In this document: one piece after another, positions 49,803 through 58,448 of the stretch
Position numbering within the stretch: position 1 is the stretch's first letter
Layout of the letters: every line of letters starts with the position of its first letter
From: Candidatus Multivoradales bacterium
Lineage (GTDB): Bacteria; Acidobacteriota; Thermoanaerobaculia; Multivoradales; Multivoraceae
DNA: 64,000 bases
Direction: 5' to 3'
Assembly: GCA_965223325.1 (NCBI GenBank)
Contig: CBDCWI010000001.1
Coordinates: 2,048,001 to 2,112,000 of the forward strand
The notes under the pieces: generated by a model
Database searches by the model: none
The model's input: only the letters and a program-made list of their open reading frames with translations
What the model was told of the DNA's origin: nothing
Position numbers and translations under genes: made by a program

Positions 49803-49890
49803 GGCTTCGAACGTTGCTGTCCCACCGGAACGATCGGAGGGCGAGAAGCCCACGAGCATCAGAGAGCCCGAGAAAAGCCGAAAGCAGACC

Positions 49891-50619
49891 ATGAGCGTCA
49901 CCGCACGTGAGCAAGCCGTCATGACCGCCCACCGCATCGTCATCATCGAGGACGAAGCAGACATCCTGGAGGTGCTGCGCTACAACTTCGCCCGCGAGGG
50001 ATACGAAGTCTCGACCGCGACCAACGGAATGGAGGGAATCAACGCGGTCCGTGCTGCGCTTCCAGACCTCGTCCTGCTGGATCTCCTGCTCCCAGGCCTC
50101 GACGGCATCGAGGTCTGCCGCCGCCTGAAGAACCAGTCGACGACCAGGGACATCCCGATCATCATGATCACGGCCAAAGGAGAAGAGAGCGACATCGTCC
50201 TCGGTCTCGGCATGGGAGCCGACGACTACATCACCAAGCCTTTCTCGCCGCGCGAGGTCCTTGCACGAGCCGGGGCTGTCCTCCGCCGCAGTACAGCCGG
50301 GACCGCCAGCGACGAGGAGCGCCCCTACCACTTCGGCCGGGTGACCGTCGACACTGCTCGCCACCAGGTGCTCATCGACGGCGAGGAGCAACGCTTCACG
50401 GCGACAGAGTTCCGCCTGCTCTCCTTCCTCGCTCGCAACCCGCAGCGTGTGTTCACTCGCGAACAGCTGATCGATCGCGTGATCGGCGATGGCGCCGTGG
50501 TCATCGACCGCAACATCGACGTCCACGTCCGCTCGGTACGCAAAAAGCTCGGCAACGAACGGGGCCTGATCGAGACGATCCGCGGCGTAGGCTACCGCCT
50601 GGCCCCTCGGAGCGACTGA
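49891..50619 (+). CDS. phoB: OmpR/PhoB-family response regulator
   Basis: IIEDE, LLDLLLPGLDG, ADDYITKPFSPRE, TEFRLL, RNIDVHV, IETIRGVGY; Pho context. Alternative start 49921. Confidence 0.92.
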   Translation: MSVTAREQAVMTAHRIVIIEDEADILEVLRYNFAREGYEVSTATNGMEGINAVRAALPDLVLLDLLLPGLDGIEVCRRLKNQSTTRDIPIIMITAKGEESDIVLGLGMGADDYITKPFSPREVLARAGAVLRRSTAGTASDEERPYHFGRVTVDTARHQVLIDGEEQRFTATEFRLLSFLARNPQRVFTREQLIDRVIGDGAVVIDRNIDVHVRSVRKKLGNERGLIETIRGVGYRLAPRSD

Positions 50620-50704
50620 AGAAGGCGACAGAAGGTGACAGAGGGTGGCCGGCGCCTCCTCGAAGCCAAACCCACGATTCGCTCCGTGAAAGACTCCGCC
50701 TACC

Positions 50705-52027
50705 GTGGTTAGAGGCAAGATCGTTCGGGCTCTCGTGCTCGCCTTCCTGGTCGCGAGCCTGCTGGTCTCGCTGCCGGCCGCCGTGGGCGTCGGCCATCTG
50801 CTCTCCGAGCAGCGCATCGCGGAAGCCGAACGCTTGCTCGAGCGTTCGGCAGGCCTCCTGGCGCGAACCGTGGCGCGGAGCCTCGAGATCGATGAACGGG
50901 CGGAGCGCTCCGGACCGCTCCTCCGCCGGCTTTCGCAGGAGACTCTCCTCGAGATGGCGCTCTTCGACGCGGAAGGACGGATCGTCGCGGCCTCGAACGC
51001 CGAAGCGCTCCCCGAACTGGACCTCTCCCGCTTCCCAATCGGTGAACCATCTCAGACGGTCGCGGCCGATGCCCTCCGTGGCCGCCGAGAACATCTCGCC
51101 GTCGTGGTTCCGCTACGACGCCCGGCGCCCGGGAACCGCGGGCCGACCCTGCCATACAACCTCCTCGTCTCCGAGTCCTTCGGCTCCCTTCGAGCGGCGA
51201 TCAACACGGCACGGATCATCATCTTGCTAGGAAGCCTGCTCTCGGCGCTGATGGCGGTCGCCGTCTCTTTCCTGCTCGCGGACCGCATCACCGTTCCGGT
51301 ATTCACCGAGCTTCGCCGCCTCGAGAGCATGCGGCGCGACTTCGTGGCCAACGTCTCACACGAACTCAAGACACCGTTGACCGCTTCGCAGGGAATGGTC
51401 GAGACTCTGATCGACGACCCGGAGATGGAGCCCAACACCAGACGACTCTTCCTCTTCAAGATCCGCGATCAGACCACCCGGCTAGGCGCACTGGTCGACG
51501 ACCTCCTCACCCTTTCGCGCATCGAGCGCGCTGGCGAGGCGCTCGACGTACAACCCATCGATCTCGGTGACGTCATCCAGCGAGCCATTGCCTCGAGGCG
51601 TCATCAAGCCAGCAACGCAGGGGTCACGATCGCCACCAAGCTCCAGGGCGAATGCATCGAGCTCGAAGCCGACCCCGCGGCCCTCGAGATCGCCATCGTC
51701 AACCTGCTCGACAACGGCATCAAGTACGCCGGAGAGGGCGAGAGGGTGGAGATCCGGGCGCGGCGCGACGGGCGCCTGGTGGTCGTCTCAGTTGAAGACA
51801 GCGGCCCTGGAATCGACGCCGTGCACCTCGATCGCATCTTCGAACGCTTCTATCGCGTCGACGCCGGCCGTTCGCGTGCCGTCGGGGGGACGGGGCTCGG
51901 CCTCGCCATCGTCAAGCACGTCGCACTGGCCCACGGCGGCGAGGTCACGGTCGAGAGCGAACCCGAGCATGGCACCTGCTTTCGGCTTTCGATCCCGGTC
52001 GTGTTCTCGGCAACGCAAGCCCGTTGA
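50705..52027 (+). CDS. phoR: PhoR-like sensor histidine kinase (2 TM, extracytoplasmic domain, no HAMP/PAS)
   Basis: RRDFVANVSHELKTPLT, NLLDNGIKY, DSGPGI, RIFERFYRVD..RSR..GGTGLGLAIVKH. Confidence 0.88.
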   Translation: MVRGKIVRALVLAFLVASLLVSLPAAVGVGHLLSEQRIAEAERLLERSAGLLARTVARSLEIDERAERSGPLLRRLSQETLLEMALFDAEGRIVAASNAEALPELDLSRFPIGEPSQTVAADALRGRREHLAVVVPLRRPAPGNRGPTLPYNLLVSESFGSLRAAINTARIIILLGSLLSALMAVAVSFLLADRITVPVFTELRRLESMRRDFVANVSHELKTPLTASQGMVETLIDDPEMEPNTRRLFLFKIRDQTTRLGALVDDLLTLSRIERAGEALDVQPIDLGDVIQRAIASRRHQASNAGVTIATKLQGECIELEADPAALEIAIVNLLDNGIKYAGEGERVEIRARRDGRLVVVSVEDSGPGIDAVHLDRIFERFYRVDAGRSRAVGGTGLGLAIVKHVALAHGGEVTVESEPEHGTCFRLSIPVVFSATQAR

Positions 52028-52073
52028 CCGGCCGGCGTTTCACGAAGGCCCGCCGCGCTCCCTTCTCGATGCG

Positions 52074-52110
52074 AAGAAAAGAAGGCCTCGGAAGGGCACT
52101 TCCGAGGCCT
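52074..52110 (-). terminator. Rho-independent terminator-like hairpin, U-tract on the minus strand
   Basis: Perfect 12-bp stem aggcctcggaag-ggca-cttccgaggcct (52083-52110) with aagaaaaga on its left. Confidence 0.7.
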
Positions 52111-52223
52111 CGTATTGGAACCGACGTGGGGTCGTGCTCACAGGGAGCGAACACAGCTGAGGACGCCGCCGATCCCTGACCTGTAACGCCCGGCGGTGAA
52201 ACCGGAAGGACAGTCTGCAAGCC

Positions 52224-54086
52224 ATGACCCTTCTTCCGGAGACTCCGAGAATGAGCAGTACAACCACCGGCGGCTTCTGGAACACCGTGAGTGGCTGGTT
52301 TCAAAACGACCCGCCATCCTCTGATTTCGACGCTGGCCAAACCACGCCGCAGCAGGCAGGGCCGTGGCTACCCGGCGACAGCTACGAGGGCTCCGACGAC
52401 TTCTCCGTGCCGTGGGCGCTCGATGCGCCCGAAACTGCGCCGTCACGCGACATCGAAAAGCAGAACGGCCTCTCCTTCGGCGATTGGCTGGGTGAAGCGC
52501 AACGGACCGTCGCCGATGGATTCGACTCGGCGCTTGAAAGCACAGCCAACTTCGCCATCGAACACGGGTTCGACGATCTGGTTGAGGGCTGGAACGAGCG
52601 CCTGACCAGTGCGCGCGACGAGACCGTCGCGGCGCTAGATCGAGTGGGCAGCGCCATCGAGGGCGCCTTCGACAAGGTCACCGAGCGCGCCGCCGAAGAA
52701 ATCCTCGACGCCGAGGATGCTGCGATCCGCAGCGGCGAGTGGATTGAAGAGAAGGTCACAACCATGACCGATACGGCGCTCGACACTATCGACGACCTCA
52801 CACGCCCCGTCGCTGAGGTGATCGCTGGCCGCGAATACATTCAGGAGGCAATGGCGAACACCGCTCACACCTTCGTCTCGATCGGCTTCGAAGTCGGCGT
52901 CGCCACCGCAAAGGTTGGCGAGTCGCTCTGGGAACACCGCGACGAGATCTGGAACGAAGGCGTCAGCACGGGAGTCGAGCGCCTCGAAGACGGCTTCGAC
53001 AGCACGGCTCCAGGCAAGATGTTCTCCGCCGCCATGGAAGCCGGCGCCTGGACCGAGAACCTGGAAGGCACCATCGACTTCTGGGCAGACAAAGGTCGCG
53101 ACCTGGCGCGCGAGAAAGGCACCGAAGCCTGGCGCGAGCACGACGGGGAGTGGATCTCGAACGCGAGCGAAGCCGCAGCCGACCACTTCGGCGACGTCGC
53201 ACGTTCCGGCAGCTACCCGGGATGGCTCGCAGACCAGACCCGCGACTTTGCCAGCCGAATGGACGGACACATCGAGAAGATCGAGGAGGTCTTCTGGGAA
53301 GTCGACCACCGCATCGAAGCGCTCGAGCAGGAGGCCCGAGAGTGGCAGGTTGAGAACCCCGAGAACAGCTGGCGGGAATCCCTGGCGCTTGCGGCCTTCG
53401 GCGACGAGCACTACGAGCTCCTGGAGGTTCAAGGCGACCTGACCGACCCGAACCCCTCCATCTTCGTCAACGGAATCTGGAACAACGAGGGCCAGGCCAC
53501 CGCTAACGCGAACACCGTCTACCGCGCTACAGGAGAGAACGTGCTGCCGTTCCACAACCCGACCGATGAGAGCAACAAGGTCATCGACCCGTTCTCCACG
53601 CAGTTCAACAACAAGCCCGACCTTCTGGATCGCTCCACGGAAGGGCTGGTCCTCCAGATCCGTCAGCAACTGGCAGAAAACCCCGGCGAGACGGTGCGGC
53701 TTCACCTGCACAGCCAGGGTGCCGCCCTGGGGTCGGCAGCGCTCTCCTATCTCTCAGTGGAAGAACGAGCGCGCATCGACGTCGTCTCCTACGGGGGTGC
53801 CGCCTACGCCTATCCACCGGGCCTTCGTTCGCTCGACGCTATAGTCAACGTCCGCGACACCGTGCCCAATCTGGTCGGCGCGGGATTCCCGGGGATGGCA
53901 CAACTCGGGAACTACAAGCGCAATGGCTACTCGATTCGCTATATCGACTCAGGTGACGACGGCAACTGGGGAACGACCCACGGCATGGAGACCTATCTCA
54001 GCGCACTAGAGAACGGCGCAACGCAAACGCGCTGGGGTGCCAGCCTGAAACGACTGTTGAGGCGCGGTGATGAGTCGACACGTTGA
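52224..54086 (+). CDS. Large acidic helical protein with C-terminal alpha/beta-hydrolase (lipase-like) domain
   Basis: C-terminal IFVNGIWN, LHSQGAA (nucleophile elbow), VVSYGGA, VNVRDTVP and THGMETY give a Ser-Asp-His triad; no signal peptide. Confidence 0.72.
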   Translation: MTLLPETPRMSSTTTGGFWNTVSGWFQNDPPSSDFDAGQTTPQQAGPWLPGDSYEGSDDFSVPWALDAPETAPSRDIEKQNGLSFGDWLGEAQRTVADGFDSALESTANFAIEHGFDDLVEGWNERLTSARDETVAALDRVGSAIEGAFDKVTERAAEEILDAEDAAIRSGEWIEEKVTTMTDTALDTIDDLTRPVAEVIAGREYIQEAMANTAHTFVSIGFEVGVATAKVGESLWEHRDEIWNEGVSTGVERLEDGFDSTAPGKMFSAAMEAGAWTENLEGTIDFWADKGRDLAREKGTEAWREHDGEWISNASEAAADHFGDVARSGSYPGWLADQTRDFASRMDGHIEKIEEVFWEVDHRIEALEQEAREWQVENPENSWRESLALAAFGDEHYELLEVQGDLTDPNPSIFVNGIWNNEGQATANANTVYRATGENVLPFHNPTDESNKVIDPFSTQFNNKPDLLDRSTEGLVLQIRQQLAENPGETVRLHLHSQGAALGSAALSYLSVEERARIDVVSYGGAAYAYPPGLRSLDAIVNVRDTVPNLVGAGFPGMAQLGNYKRNGYSIRYIDSGDDGNWGTTHGMETYLSALENGATQTRWGASLKRLLRRGDESTR

Positions 54087-54795
54087 CGCGAGCGCCAGCT
54101 GTTCGCGCAGCATCGGGCGCCTTGTTCTCGTTTCAGTTTTGTTGGCATTGCTGGCGGGCGGCTGCTTCCGAGAACGTCGCCGACCGCCGGCTCCACCGGA
54201 GATCCAGGGCGAGACCGTACGCAAGAACATCATCGATGCAACCCAGGCTCCGGAGTACTCGTGGCTCGCGGCGCAATGCCTCGAAACAACCACCTGGATC
54301 TACGGGGCAGAGAGCAACGATCTGCTTCCCAACGAACAGAACCCGGGCTCGAAGTCCTCGATGATGGGTCTCTACCGCGGTGTCCTCAAAGCCGCTGAGC
54401 TCGGTGGCGGCACACCAAGCCATCCCAGCGAGTACTTCTATGGCCTGAAGATCGACTCGTTCCAAGAACCGACCACCGACCCATTCAAGGGACGTCTGGT
54501 CCTCCTGATGCCTCCAGGAACGCAGTTCGAAGTCTCGACGATCTATATCGAAGACGAATGGCACGCCGCCCCTTTCCTCTACCCGATTGCCGACCTGGTC
54601 GACGACCGGGAGCAACCGTTCCGGGCGTACGTCGGGCGCCTCCTGACGCTCGACGCAAGGAATGTCGTCAAAGCCCACACCTACGGCGACCGGGTCCGCG
54701 CAGGCGAAAGCCCGTTCGACGAGGACGTGCTCCGCTTCTGCGACGCTGCTTCTTCAGACGAACCCTCAGCCGAAGCCTCAGCTACCGAACCCTGA
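54070..54795 (+). CDS. Hypothetical lipoprotein (candidate immunity protein)
   Basis: Hydrophobic LVLVSVLLALLAGGC lipobox; overlaps the upstream stop by 17 nt. Confidence 0.7.
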   Translation: MSRHVDASASCSRSIGRLVLVSVLLALLAGGCFRERRRPPAPPEIQGETVRKNIIDATQAPEYSWLAAQCLETTTWIYGAESNDLLPNEQNPGSKSSMMGLYRGVLKAAELGGGTPSHPSEYFYGLKIDSFQEPTTDPFKGRLVLLMPPGTQFEVSTIYIEDEWHAAPFLYPIADLVDDREQPFRAYVGRLLTLDARNVVKAHTYGDRVRAGESPFDEDVLRFCDAASSDEPSAEASATEP

Positions 54796-54870
54796 TCTCG
54801 CCCACCCGCTCGAGGCTTCGAGGGTGCGGGAATCCGCACCGCCCTACCTGACGCTAGGCCAAAAACGCAC

Positions 54871-54925
54871 TTTTGACTAGGTCATCGTCAATTTTCCGCG
54901 TAAAATGACGGCGTCATGGTCAAAA
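54871..54925. promoter_or_regulatory. Imperfect inverted repeat overlapping the AAA_14 start
   Basis: ttttgactaggtcatcgtcaatttt-ccgcg-taaaatgacggcgtcatggtcaaaa (18/25 paired). Confidence 0.55.
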
Positions 54926-56085
54926 ATGACAAATCAGCCTACCCTCGCATCCTCGAACGCCCGCCAGGAAGCTTCTTCCTGCTCGGCCCCCGAGGTGTCG
55001 GCAAAAGCACCTGGGTCCGTCAGCTAGACAAAGCCCATCGGTTCGACCTGCTCAACGAAGGGCTCTACCAGGAGCTTCTGGCCAACCCGTCGCTGCTCGC
55101 CGAAGAAGTCAACACTCTCGACTCGGGTTCATGGGTCGTGGTCGATGAGGTCCAGCGCATCCCCGGGCTCTTGAACGAAGTCCATCGGCTGATCGAGGAG
55201 CGCGGGCTTCGATTCGCCCTGCTCGGGTCGAGCGCGCGCAAGCTCAAGACCGCGGGGACCAACCTGCTGGCGGGCCGAGCAGTGCGCAAACTCATGTTCC
55301 CCTTCGTACCAGAAGAACTCGGTGACGACTTCCATCTCGACGACGCACTACGCTACGGCTCCATCGCCGTCATCTCAGAAGCGCCCGATCGTGCAGAGGC
55401 GCTCGAGGCCTACGTACAGATGTACCTGAAAGAAGAGATTCGTGCCGAAGCCCTGGTGCGAAACCTGCCAGCATTCGCACGATTCCTCCCCGTTGCCGGC
55501 CTCTTCCACGGCCAAGCAATCAACGTTTCCGCCATCGCACGTGACGCCGGAACTGCGCGCAGCACCGTGAACGGGTACCTGGAGATCCTCGAAGACACCC
55601 TCTTGACCACCACCGTCCCAGGCTTCGACTCGAAGCTTCGAACCCGGGAGCGAAAGCACCCCAAGCTCTACTGGGTCGACCCCGGCCTGGCGCGCCAGGT
55701 CCAGAAGAGGCGCGGCCCTCTTTCACATGAAGAGCGAGGTCCACTTCTGGAGGGCTACGTCCTCGGCCTTCTCAGAGCCCACGCCGAAGTCTCTGACCTA
55801 TACGACGACGTCTACTACTGGGCGCCCGCAAGAGCGAAGACCCTCGAGGTCGACTTCCTGCTGGAACGCCAGGGGCGGCACATCGCCATCGAAGTGAAGG
55901 CACAACCGCGATACAACACCGCAATGTTGAAAGGCCTACGCGCCCTTTCCGAACTGCCATCTCTGACCAGGAGCATCCTGGTCTACGGCGGGGAGAGATC
56001 GTTCCGAACGAGCGACGGCATCGAAGTATGGCCGCTGCTCAAACTGTCGGAAGCGCTGGCCGAGAAAACCCTCTGGCAGCCCTGA
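54916..56085 (+). CDS. AAA_14 ATPase with DUF4143 (PD-(D/E)xK-like) C-terminus
   Basis: GPRGVGKST, VVVDEVQ, LLGSSA, LLAGRA, KLYWVDPGL, EVDFLL...AIEVK. Confidence 0.92.
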   Translation: MVKNDKSAYPRILERPPGSFFLLGPRGVGKSTWVRQLDKAHRFDLLNEGLYQELLANPSLLAEEVNTLDSGSWVVVDEVQRIPGLLNEVHRLIEERGLRFALLGSSARKLKTAGTNLLAGRAVRKLMFPFVPEELGDDFHLDDALRYGSIAVISEAPDRAEALEAYVQMYLKEEIRAEALVRNLPAFARFLPVAGLFHGQAINVSAIARDAGTARSTVNGYLEILEDTLLTTTVPGFDSKLRTRERKHPKLYWVDPGLARQVQKRRGPLSHEERGPLLEGYVLGLLRAHAEVSDLYDDVYYWAPARAKTLEVDFLLERQGRHIAIEVKAQPRYNTAMLKGLRALSELPSLTRSILVYGGERSFRTSDGIEVWPLLKLSEALAEKTLWQP

Positions 56086-56110
56086 CAGTATGGTGGCCTT
56101 TATCAAAGAC

Positions 56111-56142
56111 CGATTTTGTCAACCATTGTTTGACCAAAATCG
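56111..56142. repeat. AT-rich inverted repeat downstream of the AAA_14 gene
   Basis: cgattttg-tcaa ... ttga-c-caaaatcg, one bulged base. Confidence 0.7.
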
Positions 56143-56427
56143 AGCTTCAGCAAAGCTCCTGGTGCTCTAGAAATCTCCTGGCACAGAGGAGGGAGCGAGT
56201 CGGCATCCCGAGTTCTATCGACGGAGCTCCCGGCGAAGAGGCTAAGCAGGCCTGAATAGCCCGGACACCGCGGACTCCAGATCCTGGATCCACGTCTCCA
56301 CGCCACACCTGGCATCACCGGTAACAACTCCGGAGCAGTCCGGAACGAAACATGAGACACGGCACGAGGACCATCTCATGAGCGACGCACGAACCAACCA
56401 GGACACCGACGCCCCAGGAGGCGACGA

Positions 56428-56859
56428 ATGAACCCACCCTCGACACCAAACCGGAGGGCCCGCTTCACCACCGCAACCGCCTTCGCAATCCTCGCCCTCC
56501 ACGCCGCGGCCGCCCTATACCTCCAGAACGTCGGCCGTCGAGTCGTCGAGAACGGCGCCACTTCCCTGGCACCCGAGACCCTCGCCACCTACCACGGCGC
56601 CCTCATCACAAGCGTCGTCATCTCAGGCCTACTCGCAGCGTGGTGTCTCTTTCGCCCACTCACAACACCAACGTTCCTCCAGCGTGCCGCCGCCGCAATC
56701 CTTCCGCTCCTCATGCTGAGTGGCATCGCTCTCACCGGCAGAATGCTGGAGTACAACGCCAGCGGCGAGGTCTGGGTGTGGCGCGTGAAGGACGAACCTC
56801 CCTACGACCTCTGCGACTACGCTCGGGGAGAGCTGGGGCCGAACTGGGGAGTTGAGTAG
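56428..56859 (+). CDS. Hypothetical membrane protein (about 3 TM)
   Basis: AGGAGG RBS 6 nt upstream; three hydrophobic segments; no recognisable family. Confidence 0.62.
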   Translation: MNPPSTPNRRARFTTATAFAILALHAAAALYLQNVGRRVVENGATSLAPETLATYHGALITSVVISGLLAAWCLFRPLTTPTFLQRAAAAILPLLMLSGIALTGRMLEYNASGEVWVWRVKDEPPYDLCDYARGELGPNWGVE

Positions 56860-57157
56860 CTGACTGCGCTCGGTTCAGAACAACGACGAGAACGCGACCC
56901 GGCCGTGTGCCATGAGAGAGGGTCAAGACCGGCAAGAACGTCGCCGTGGCTGACAGAAGTAGAAAGACGATCTGGTTCGCGGAGAGCACGGTTGAGGTGC
57001 GTTCGAGGCGGTTCGACCGACTCGTTGGGTTTCTTGCTTCTCGAGGAGTCGACGAAGAGGCTCACCGAGCTTGCCTGCCCAACCGCCCCGTCTTCGAAGC
57101 CCGGAGTAGGCACGAGTCTCCGGTCCTTGGGCCGGAGTACGCAACCGAACGACTCAG

Positions 57158-58036
57158 CTAACTCGCCTTCAAGAAGTGCTCATACCGAGTCGCCAGGCGA
57201 TCGCGATCCGGCCGTTCAGCCTTCTTCGACGGCACGACGATGCTCTCGCCGTTCATGTCCTGAAGCCCGTGCCTCAACATCGGGCCATCGACTTCCATGA
57301 GAATGTCCTCACGAATCGTCACCACGTAGTCGGGAGACACGCCGAGAATGTTGCTGTCGTACGCAGCGTGATGGATCTTGCACAAAGCAAGACCATTGCG
57401 GACGAAGGGCTGGCCCTCGACTTCCGAGTCAGGAATGATGTGGCTGGCATCGAGCAACTCGCGGTGCCGAAGTCTGCAAACCGAACATTGGTCCCGGTAG
57501 GCCCTGAGCACCCTCTCCCGGAACGTCCGCTGGTGGAGGCGACGGCGGTAGGTTACCGATGAGTAGACGCGATCGGCCACCTCGTCACCTTGGCCTCTCG
57601 CCTGGGACATCCCCGGCTGAAGATCGGCGGTGAATGTCAGCGACTCCGGATCGTCGCCGACGATGTAGATCGGCCACGCTGCCAGATAGCGCCCTGGAAC
57701 GAGCCCATGGAAGTGCACGAGTGGCACGTGTCGCCTCATCGCCTCACGGAGCCCGACATTGTCGCGGTGGAGAGGATCGCTACCGCGGTACTTGTAGCCA
57801 AGCAGGTCGCCATCCAGCGTGTCTGTGTACGGCCCTTTGGGTGACGTCGTGATCGAGATCGGCCAAGTCATCATCCTTGGCGTGAAGATCCCCTGCGGGC
57901 CCATCAGATGGACCCGCTCGCCCGCCACTTCGAAGCCTGCCGTGAGGAGCGTCCTGGGCAAGACGTCGCCGAGAAGGTCGACCTGAGCGCGAAGCCAGTT
58001 GAAGGTGGCTTGTCGATGAATCTGATCCGGAGTCAA
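57158..58036 (-). CDS. HNH endonuclease with SRA/PUA-like N-terminal domain (putative modification-dependent restriction enzyme)
   Basis: RLHQRTFRERVLRAY..CSVC, LDASHIIPD, NGLALCKIHHAAYD; N-terminal Y.D...YKYRG.DP.H.DN.GLR.AM...PL..F.G...G.Y. Confidence 0.88.
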   Translation of the reverse strand: MTPDQIHRQATFNWLRAQVDLLGDVLPRTLLTAGFEVAGERVHLMGPQGIFTPRMMTWPISITTSPKGPYTDTLDGDLLGYKYRGSDPLHRDNVGLREAMRRHVPLVHFHGLVPGRYLAAWPIYIVGDDPESLTFTADLQPGMSQARGQGDEVADRVYSSVTYRRRLHQRTFRERVLRAYRDQCSVCRLRHRELLDASHIIPDSEVEGQPFVRNGLALCKIHHAAYDSNILGVSPDYVVTIREDILMEVDGPMLRHGLQDMNGESIVVPSKKAERPDRDRLATRYEHFLKAS

Positions 58037-58245
58037 GGCAGATGCTTCCCCTTAGGGCGATCTAGCGAACGGGGCGAGAAGTCGTCTAGAACACGCGAGT
58101 CGAGCGGCGTTCGCTGGCGCGGCAACAACCCCGATGCTGCCCGCCCCGGCCCCGGTACGCAACCGCCGCCGGCACTACCGCCCCAGCCAGCCCAGAGCCG
58201 GCCTCTCCTTCCACCTATTGGCGAAAGCCCCGGACCTTTCGTCGT

Positions 58246-58274
58246 TTGACGATCTGCTGTCTCTTATATAGATT
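58246..58274 (+). promoter_or_regulatory. Putative sigma70 promoter in an AT-rich patch between divergent HNH and drmD
   Basis: TTGACG-N17-TAGATT on the plus strand; TTACTC-N17-TATAAG overlaps it on the minus strand. Confidence 0.5.
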
Positions 58275-58448
58275 ACCCATTATTCGAGTAATTCTTCTAT
58301 TGCTCATTTTTCCCGTCTCCTTTTCCACCTCTCCCAAGGCCTGCCTCCCTACTCCTCGTATCCCCAGCTAGCCCGTCACTGAAGGGCAAATGACACCCTG
58401 GTCGACCTAGATCAGGAGGGTGGTGGCTCCCCCCAAAGGAACACCCTC

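Noticed and set aside
52500-53010. Internal ADGFDS / EDGFDS in the lipase-like protein resembling the FADGFE tail
   Set aside because: They are internal and lack the leading Phe and the trailing AWS, so they are not counted as the C-terminal motif.
56732-56989. Minus-strand ORF with a hydrophobic N-terminus
   Set aside because: It overlaps the better-supported plus-strand membrane gene and has no convincing RBS or motif.
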